Below, in pieces: positions 26,967 to 34,548 of a DNA stretch of 64,000 nucleotides (position 1 is its first letter; every line of letters begins with the position of its first letter). The position numbers and the translations under genes were made by a program. Source of the DNA: a virus; IMG/VR virus record IMGVR_UViG_3300037010_001749, positions 21,896 through 85,895 of that record; one strand, given 5' to 3'. The notes under the pieces were generated by a model, which ran no database searches, was not told where the DNA came from, and worked only from the letters and a program-made list of their open reading frames with translations.

Positions 26967-27197
26967 TCACCGCGAGCAACCCAAATGCTTGCCGTCGCTC
27001 GTCATGCGTGGCGTGAGTCCGCCGGCCGAAGTGCGCAGATACTGGCACCCGGTCAGCGCGTCGGTGCTGGGCACCAAGCCGCTGCGGGCGCCCCACGCGC
27101 CGGGGTCCGTGTCATCGCGCCCAATGGGCAGCAGGCCCACAACCAGCATCATGGCCACGCCAATCAGCAGGTACTTCCCGCACCAGCGGGCGAACAT
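26967..27197 (-). CDS. Cassette ORF: membrane-anchored DUF6440-like protein
   Basis: TM helix then D.TD...RSGL...TD.LTGCQYL....GGLTPR...DG. Confidence 0.75.
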   Translation of the reverse strand: MFARWCGKYLLIGVAMMLVVGLLPIGRDDTDPGAWGARSGLVPSTDALTGCQYLRTSAGGLTPRMTSDGKHLGCSR

Positions 27198-27218
27198 TTT
27201 TGCTTCTATCAACGACAC

Positions 27219-27324
27219 GCCTAACCCCTCGTTGCAACCGAGCCCCAACAGGCTGCGGTCAGTTGTGGCCTTTCGGCCTGCTTATGCACGGCCTGTTGGG
27301 GCCGGCTGAACTCGAACGTTCGGC
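27219..27324 (+). other. attC type D (106 bp)
   Basis: Near-identical to 26507-26612; ends GTTCGGC. Confidence 0.9.
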
Positions 27325-27325
27325 A

Positions 27326-27628
27326 TCAATACCGGCTTTCGAGTTTCGCCAGCGCCGCTTTGATGATCGACTGCATCACCTCATCGGTCATGTGCTTGGC
27401 CATTGCGTCCTTGATGCCGGTTTCCAGCAGCGGCGCGTAGGTGGCCAGCACTTCCTTTTCGATCAGTTCGCGCACGTACCGCTTGACGACATCATCGAAT
27501 GGGTTGTTGTAGCTCTTGGACAGTTCAGCGATGCTGCGCTGAACGGCACCCTTCACTACTTCACCGATCTGGCTGTCCATCACAGTCTTGGCGATGAACT
27601 CGTTAATTTGCTGCGGGGTCAGTTCCAT
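27326..27628 (-). CDS. Cassette ORF: helical hypothetical protein
   Basis: AAGGA RBS; fills its cassette. Confidence 0.8.
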   Translation of the reverse strand: MELTPQQINEFIAKTVMDSQIGEVVKGAVQRSIAELSKSYNNPFDDVVKRYVRELIEKEVLATYAPLLETGIKDAMAKHMTDEVMQSIIKAALAKLESRY

Positions 27629-27651
27629 GTCGTTTCCTTCTGTGCGTTGAT

Positions 27652-27756
27652 GCCGAACTGGCAGTTCAAGCAGAGCCCCAACGGCGGCCTGCTTTTGTGG
27701 TTAAAAACTCCGGCGTCCGTGGCGCCGTTGGTACCTGCTTAACCTAAACGTCAGCC
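27652..27756 (+). other. attC (105 bp), R' core GTT>GTC
   Basis: GCCGAAC TGGCA GTTCAAGC...GCTTAAC CTAAAC GTCAGCC. Confidence 0.88.
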
Positions 27757-27792
27757 GGCACCAATACCCTCGGTGCCGGCATACTCGTGTTG

Positions 27793-28071
27793 TCAGAACG
27801 TGGTGGGCTGCGCAATGCCGCGAATCAACTTCATGAAGCCCACTTGCAGGTCAGTGGCTCCCATGCTGACCCACCGCTGGTCAAGGTCCAGTGACAGCGG
27901 CCTGCCATCGGCCACAGGCGTATCGGTGCGCGTGATGTCAGGGTGTTGACGCAGTTTCGCCACAAAAGCGCCGCACTGCTCGGCCAGCGCCTTGCCCTCG
28001 TTCATCAGCGCTACTTCAGCACCGCTCAGTTGACGGTAGCCCGTCACTTTCGGTTGAATCATCGTTTCCAT
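27793..28071 (-). CDS. acb2: Cassette ORF: Acb2-family anti-CBASS cyclic oligonucleotide sponge
   Basis: KVTGYRQLS..E..LMN..K and RW..MG.TDLQ.G.M..IR.IAQP..F match the Acb2 termini; 92 aa. Confidence 0.88.
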   Translation of the reverse strand: METMIQPKVTGYRQLSGAEVALMNEGKALAEQCGAFVAKLRQHPDITRTDTPVADGRPLSLDLDQRWVSMGATDLQVGFMKLIRGIAQPTTF

Positions 28072-28111
28072 GTGGTTCCTTAAGTTGCATGCCAGCGTTG
28101 GTGCGGGTGCT

Positions 28112-28181
28112 GGCTAACCCATCGCTCAAGCGGATTTGCCACGGAGTACCAAGTCAAACGCGCTTAGCTTGAACGTTCGGT
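28112..28181 (+). other. attC type C (70 bp)
   Basis: Near-identical to 24967-25036; ends GTTCGGT. Confidence 0.92.
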
Positions 28182-28415
28182 CCGTTCATTCGCCACCGCC
28201 ACTGCATCAAGCACACCCGGCTTCATCGCCAGTTCCAGCAGGCTGCCCATCATGCGCTTGCCGTGCGCCCGGTTGGCATCCAGTAGATCGATGTACTTCT
28301 TGCGATACTGGTGAAGTTCTTCGTTTTCCTCGCGCAGCCGCTCTAGTTCGTGATGCATGTCCAGCACGTCGGCGGCCATCTGCACAGCCAGGGGCACTTT
28401 GTAGTCTCGCCTCAT
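28164..28415 (-). CDS. Cassette ORF: coiled-coil hypothetical protein
   Basis: GGAG RBS; stop inside attC. Confidence 0.75.
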   Translation of the reverse strand: MRRDYKVPLAVQMAADVLDMHHELERLREENEELHQYRKKYIDLLDANRAHGKRMMGSLLELAMKPGVLDAVAVANERTERSS

Positions 28416-28434
28416 CTCGTTTCTCCACCAACGG

Positions 28435-28470
28435 GCCTAACCCGTCGCTCAAGTTGAGAGCCAACGGCGC
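28435..28470 (+). other. Truncated attC (R''/L'' half), right edge of the array
   Basis: GCCTAAC CCGTC GCTCAAGT TGAGAGCCAACGGC; no right arm. Confidence 0.8.
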
Positions 28471-28482
28471 CAGCAGGCACCG

Positions 28483-29394
28483 TCATGCCGCCTCCTTAGC
28501 CTTGAGGAGGCCCAGTTGGTGGGCGATACCTTCGATCTCATCGAAGGCGATGTCATGGCAGCCGACCACGATATTGCCGTTGGTGCAGATCTTCGTCAAC
28601 TCGTAGTGACCCAAGGTCATGCCTACCTCGTAGTCCTTCTTGCCCTTCATGACGCGCTGGATGACCGGCCAGAGCTTCTTCGCGTCTTCGACGGGGATGC
28701 TGGCGTGGCGGCTGGTCTGGATCATGAACGACGGCAAGTCCAGCCGCAGCATCGTCGGAAGATCCCGGCTGAGCGCTGGGCTCCCACTCCGCCGCCAGGC
28801 TGTAATGGCGACGGCCTGCAGCCTCCGAAAGGCCTTGGCCTGCGACACTGCGCGGCGTTTCTCCGAGACGGCTTTCTTGGCCAGGTGCTCGCGGTGCTGC
28901 TCCGGGCTCCACGTCGCCGCATCGATCGGCTTGATACGGGCCTTGTGCTTCAGCAGCTTCGCAAACTGGTTGAAGTCGGCGGTGATCTGCGCCGCTTGGC
29001 TGAGGTAGACAGGCCGATTGCCGTCGGCCTTGGCGCGTAGGGCCTTGGCCAGCAGGTTGTCGACGAGGGCCTGAGTGCCTTCCGTGTCCGGCGCGTCGTG
29101 CTCCGGGTTCAGCACGGACACCTGCTTCAGGTGCCTGGTGGCGTGTCGTGCCTCCCAGACGTGCCTGTTTGTCGTGGAAGAATTCTTCTCCAGGTTGATG
29201 GCCACCCAGCCGCCGGGTAAGTGGCGACCGATGCAGTAGTGCTTGCCGTAGCTGTAGAAGTAGTCGCCTTCGACGAAGGCCTGGATGACGCGGCCGCCGT
29301 TCATGCCGGGACGCTCGGGCATCCGAGCTTCAGCCTGCCGTTTGTGGGCCCAGATGTGGGCCAGTTCTTCCGAGTGGTTGTACACCGTCTTCAT
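28483..29394 (-). CDS. Conserved phage early protein, 303 aa
   Basis: AH.WA...YSYG.HY.I...S.TT..H; GCH.I...EI. Confidence 0.8.
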   Translation of the reverse strand: MKTVYNHSEELAHIWAHKRQAEARMPERPGMNGGRVIQAFVEGDYFYSYGKHYCIGRHLPGGWVAINLEKNSSTTNRHVWEARHATRHLKQVSVLNPEHDAPDTEGTQALVDNLLAKALRAKADGNRPVYLSQAAQITADFNQFAKLLKHKARIKPIDAATWSPEQHREHLAKKAVSEKRRAVSQAKAFRRLQAVAITAWRRSGSPALSRDLPTMLRLDLPSFMIQTSRHASIPVEDAKKLWPVIQRVMKGKKDYEVGMTLGHYELTKICTNGNIVVGCHDIAFDEIEGIAHQLGLLKAKEAA

Positions 29395-29645
29395 GCGATG
29401 AGTCCTCGTTGTCTTGCGTACTCGACCAGATGGGGTTGCCACTCAGCTTCGCTGTTGGCTGACCGACTATTGAAGCCGGCGAGGCGTGGAGCGGTCAGGT
29501 AACCCGACTCGATCTCCTCGTTGATGGCCTCGACATCAAGGCTGAAAATCTCGCGCCCCCTCGGGGTGCTGAGGCTGGCGTATCCGTCGCCTCGTTCAAA
29601 CCACACGCTGGCCACGTACTCGTGGTCAGCGATCTTCTTTGCCAT
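29391..29645 (-). CDS. Hypothetical protein
   Basis: TAAGGAG RBS. Confidence 0.7.
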   Translation of the reverse strand: MAKKIADHEYVASVWFERGDGYASLSTPRGREIFSLDVEAINEEIESGYLTAPRLAGFNSRSANSEAEWQPHLVEYARQRGLIA

Positions 29646-29709
29646 GGCGGCTCCTTAGGGCTAGAGAACCCGGCCGATGCGGTCCTGGCCTTTGATCTTG
29701 ATGGCCATG

Positions 29710-29985
29710 TCAGTACAGGTTCTCGCTGTACAGCGTCCCATCGTTGGCATCGTCGCCACCGCAGCGGCGGACGATCTGGCCTGCCGCTTCGGCAACCTTC
29801 CAGGCCACCGTCCGAGACATGAACACACCGTGCTGGTCGATGAAGCCCTGCTCCTCTTTCGGGTCATGCGGAGTGAAGGCCTGCACGAGTCGCCACTGGT
29901 CGCGCATCACCAGGTCCCAGTGCCGGGCGCCGACCAGCATGTGGTAGTCGCCGATCTTGGTGGCCGCGCAAACGACGCGTCTCAT
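29710..29985 (-). CDS. Conserved small phage protein
   Basis: G.RH.D...EQGFIDQ.G.F.SR..A..VA..AGQ...LYSENLY. Confidence 0.8.
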   Translation of the reverse strand: MRRVVCAATKIGDYHMLVGARHWDLVMRDQWRLVQAFTPHDPKEEQGFIDQHGVFMSRTVAWKVAEAAGQIVRRCGGDDANDGTLYSENLY

Positions 29986-32900
29986 CGCACACCTGACAGG
30001 TTCTCGTACTCTTCGACGCCCATGATGACGCACTCGATGACAGCCAGGCCGTCTCGAAGCCACATCGGGCACTCGCGCTTGGCCTGCTGCCCGTCTTCCT
30101 CCGTCAGGTGGAACTGGTTCGCACCCTTCTCGAAGCCCAGCGGCTTGCCGGCGCGATCCTTCTGCATGGCCACCCACACTTGAGTCGGCGCCGTCACTTC
30201 AGCACACCTGCAATCTTGGCGTACTTCTCGAGCAGTTCCGGGAACGCATCTTCGATGCGCCGGATGCTGTCGTCGTCAGCCACGAGGTAGGCCTCGGCCA
30301 ACTTGGCGGCGAACCCTCCGCCGTAGGCTCGCATCACCCGGATGATGTCCAGGCGGTCGTTCAGTTCGTAGTGCATGACGCCTCCTTAGCGCTGAGGAGC
30401 CAAGGTATAGAAGCGGACCGCCGCATCGCGGCGCCAGGCATCCAGCAGTTCACCGTCAGCGCCGGGATACTTCTGGACCTTGTCGCCCACCCAGGCCCGC
30501 TGCAGGTTCTCCTTCAGACGTTCCGCCTGAACTGGGTCAGCAAAGCGCGACACCGTGAGCAACTCGTTGGGCGGGTCGCACACGACGGTGTACAGCGTCG
30601 GGTGGTAGAGCGGCGGGATACCCGCCTTCTGCTGATGCCACGTGCTCAAGCTCGATCCTCCTTAGCGTTGAGGGCGTTGGCGATAACCTGGGCCTGCCCC
30701 ATGCCGGAGCACTCGCAGACGACCTGGTTTCCGTACCAGTCGTCGCCTGCCTCTCGTGCGTACGGCGGCGGGTCGATGTTCGTGTCCACCACTGAGGCAT
30801 CAAAGCAGCAGGCATGGCCGAGGATGCTGCGCTCCACAGCCTTGTACCGCGGCGTCATGTCACCTCCCGCAAGGTGGCCTTGTCGCGCAAGTCAGCACGC
30901 CACTGCTCGGCCCAGCTGGTCAAGTCTGGGATGTGCTCACGGACAAGCTCGCACACCATGTCCGCGAAGTAGCCTGCGGCGCAGCGCTGCCAGAACTCAT
31001 CGGCGTTGCCGTAGCAACACGCGCCCAGGCTTTCCTCGCCCAGCATCTCGCCACGGTGCCATAGGCTCACGTCGGCGTTGAACCAGGCGAAGTCCTCGAT
31101 CTCGCGGTACTGCTGCGGCGTCCACCCGCACTCCTTCACGAAATGCCGGTGCATGCTGACCGACTCTTCCGGAGGAGCATCGAAGCAAATCATGTAGTCG
31201 GTGCCAGGGATCACAAGCACTGGTTTCATTTCTGCCTTTCAGCGAGGCCAGAGGCTGCGGCGGCTTCCGCATGCTCCAGCGAACCCAGGTAGCTGCGGCC
31301 TTCAATGGCGCGCAGTTCGGTCAGGCGGTCGCCCAACTCCTTAGCCCTGAGGAATTCGTCCCCGGCCAGCCGGCTGCCCAGCGCCTTCAGGATCAGCAGT
31401 GTGTCGAACTTGTTGAGTTCGAAGATCCAGTTGGGCTTGAGGTGCAGTTGCGGCTTGTCGATTCGTTCACCGTTCATCGGCTATCCCTCATCTTGTCCAC
31501 GTTGAAGCGCTTGATCCAGCGCTCGATGATCGTGTCGCACACGCCCAGGCCATCCAGCAGCCCATCGAGGTCTTCCGCACGCAGGCATAGGCTGACGTGC
31601 CCGTAACTCTCGTGGCTTTCGATACCCCGCTCCGGATCACCCTTGAACGCCTCGTCGAGCATGTCAATCAGCTGAGTGACGTAGTAGCCACCTGGCTGCT
31701 GATTGCGCTCTTCGGCGTCACGCAGCACAAACTCCAGCCGGTGCCCATGCCAGGTCTTGACGTTGAGCCAGCCGTCGACGTGGGTCAGCTCAGCATAGAT
31801 GTCGTCGTCGTCGCTCACAGCTTCTCCGCCACCAAGCCAGCGAGCATCGTGCGCATGGCCTGGGTGTAGCCCATCAGGTAGAGATCGCCGTTCTCCTTAG
31901 CGTTGAGTATGATGTTGTCCAGGCCCTGGAACATCGATTCGATGCGGTAGTCATCGACTAGCCGGTTGCGCCGTCGGCGGTCAGGCCGCTCGATCCCTTG
32001 ATTGTCGGTGTAGTAGTCCATGTCAGGTCTCCACGATTCGTGCGTCCCAGCCGTAGGCGATACTCTCGCCTCCCTTGGACAGCATGTTGAACATCTGCTT
32101 GATGTCATCGAGCACGTCATTTGGGTCACGCAGCATCTCGCCTTCCTCGGACGGGAGAAGCGTGACCATGATGTGCACGGGCTTCGCCCGCGGCTCGCCA
32201 TCATCGGGGCCATCGGCCCCGGCACGCTCGAAAGGCTCGTGGCTGTCGCAGCCGTCGTCGTACTCTTCAGGGAGCATCAGCTTTCCTCGGGTGCAGCGTA
32301 GAGCTGCTCAACGACAAGGTCCTGGGGCCGGGCCAGCGGCGGTTGGGTGTAACGCCAATGTTGCGACTCATCGGAGTTCTTCCAGAACCAGCGCGTGCCT
32401 GCGTAATACGTCAAGGGGCTCGCCTGAAAGGCGGCCTGCAGCATTGCTCCATAACCATCTTCTTCAACCGCCTCCATGGCGTCGAGCATCGCTCGTGTCG
32501 CCACGGTGGGCACCAGCTTCCAGTGGGTCACAGGTCCACCTCGCGCCCATCGGGCATGATCAGCGTGGTCTCGGTGCTGATACCGAGCACCGCGTCGAGG
32601 ATCTTGAGGCTGTAGCTGGGCAGGGCCGGCGCCACGAGATTTTCGAGCGTCTCGTGCAGGGTTTCCACGTGGTCGTCCTGGTTGGGGTCGAAGTCGTCGG
32701 GCACTTCGACCTCGAACGTCTCGCGCTCCCAGACGGCCTGGTCGCGTTGGATTCGGATCTTCATTCAATGCCTCCAAACAAAGCCGTCTTCGGTGAGGAA
32801 GCCGCCGCCGATGCCACGTTCGGTGTAGGCGCCTTGCAGGGCGTACTCGAGGACGTCAAGCTGGGTGAGTCTCACCGCCCGGCTCCTTCGCGTCCTGGTA

Positions 32901-34357
32901 CATCGGGCACGACGGCGTCAGGCCGTCACAGTTTTCGCGAATCAGACGCCGACGGACTTCCGCGTAGCCGTCGCTCATGGCGCAATAGCTGTCGCCGTCC
33001 TGATCTGCGTCTCGGTAGGGGCATCGCCCGCACTCGGTCACAAAGAAGCTGAAGCCCTTCACAGCAGCCTCGCTACTTCAAGGCGAAACTGGTCAATCAT
33101 CCTGGTAACGTGCCAGGTGATCGGTAGCACGTCATCGACGCGCCACCATGAGCCGGCCCTGATCTTCTTCGGCGTGAAGCCCCAGGCCTCGATGTCCTGC
33201 GCCTTCATCACGAAGGGCAGGGCCGCGTTGAGTTCGGCGGTGCTCACGTAGAGCACACCGTCGATCATTTCAGTCTTCAAAGGACCTCCTTAGGGCTGAG
33301 GATCAGGCAAAGCGCTGGGCGCTCTCTCGGTACCAGACATACTCTTCTTGGGCCCAGATCCAGTCTGGGTAGCCAAGGCACTTGACGGCTTGCCAGATTT
33401 CCTCGCAAGCCCCGGCCTGGCCTTCAGCGTAGGCCTTGACGTATTCGGCGTACACCTCCTCGGGTACGTCCATCACTGCAGTTTCGCCAACTGTTGCTTG
33501 CCCAGCGTAGTCAACCACAGCTTGCCCGCTGAGTCCACCGTGATGTACCTCAGGTCATCGAAGTAGGTGGCCCACAGCCGCGGGCCCACCGGATCGAAAT
33601 CGTCGAAGAAGATGACCTTGGTGGCACCGCCACCAGTGTTGTGCACGTACTGCAGCACCTGCTTTTGGAATGTGCTCATCCCGCCTCCTTAGCGTTAGGG
33701 AGCCGCCGGTGCTCCTGCCGGTCGTCTTTCAGCCGCTTCTCGACCCGGTCACCAGTCCCGCCGTTGACGGCGATGTGCACAAGGCCGTCGACCCAGGGCT
33801 CGCAGTAGAAGCTGACCGTGTTGGCCACCAGGATGGCGGCCAGGCGTTGGGCCGTGGCCTCATGCATCTCGAAGATGGCGACCCCATCGGGACCACCCTT
33901 GATGAGCAGGGCCACGTCAGTCCCCCGGCGTGTCGCTGCTGGGCGCGTCGTAGCTGGCGTCGGCACCACCGCCGCCGAAGTCACCACCGCCGCCGGACTC
34001 AATTCCGTCGGTGCCGCCGAAGCCCACGGTCGGACGGCCTGTGCCCTCGGGAATCTCGGGGCTGTCCTGGATCGCATCGACGATCAAGCTGCCCACAGCC
34101 ATGGCCTCGGTAGGCAGTGCGCCGACTGCCGGCGGCGCCCAGTGAAGCTCCAGCGCCTCGGGGTAGAAGGTTCTGCCATAGCATTCGGCATAGTGCGTCA
34201 CGTAAACACGGCCCGAACTGCTGGCGTTGTTCGGCGCGCTGGCGTCGTCCAGGCGCCAGACGTCACCCCACTTGTCAGTGATCCGCTGGCCGGCCACAAC
34301 AGGCTTGAACCACTTGTCCAGCAGCGTATAAGTGCCGTTGTACCCTTGCTTTTCCAT
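29982..34357 (-). other. Run of about 17 small, tightly coupled hypothetical early ORFs (e.g. 30194-30376, 30386-30649, 30646-30858, 30855-31229, 31226-31477, 31474-31818, 31815-32021, 32023-32277, 32277-32531, 32528-32764, 33059-33280, 33473-33679, 33676-33915, 33917-34357)
   Basis: Consecutive minus-strand ORFs with ATGA overlaps or TAAGGAG RBS. Confidence 0.65.
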
Positions 34358-34370
34358 GTCTGACTCTCCT

Positions 34371-34524
34371 TAGTCCTGGGGAACGTAATTCTTGAAAAAG
34401 ACCCGGCCATAGCTCTGACTCGGGACCTCATCGGGAAACGCGCTGCGGCTTCCGCAGCGATCTTGGTTGGGTAGAGCACGTCGCGCAAGTCTTGCACGCG
34501 CCAAAGATCCACGACATCAGGCAT
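34371..34524 (-). pseudogene. Probable frameshifted small ORF
   Basis: N-terminal frame (...YPTKIAAEAAAR) and the C-terminal frame ending at the RBS-motif stop (AFPDE...YVPQD*) are offset. Confidence 0.35.
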
Positions 34525-34548
34525 CGCCTACGTGGCGCAAGTAATCAG

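Larger units (their letters stand above)
22716..28470 (+). mobile_element. Integron-type gene cassette array lacking integrase (CALIN-like): 12 cassettes, all ORFs antisense to the attC top strand
   Basis: 11 complete attC sites (R''-5bp-L''-stem/loop-L'-6bp-R') and 2 terminal half-sites, spaced about 260-860 bp apart. Confidence 0.92.

Noticed and set aside
22800-28460. Plus-strand ORFs as the real cassette genes
   Set aside because: They cross attC sites and lack RBS or motifs, whereas minus-strand ORFs fit the cassette boundaries and match known families
22716-28470. Repeats as CRISPR, REP elements or terminators
   Set aside because: Spacing is gene-sized, there are no U-tracts, and the R/L boxes, extra base and cassette-end complementarity fit attC
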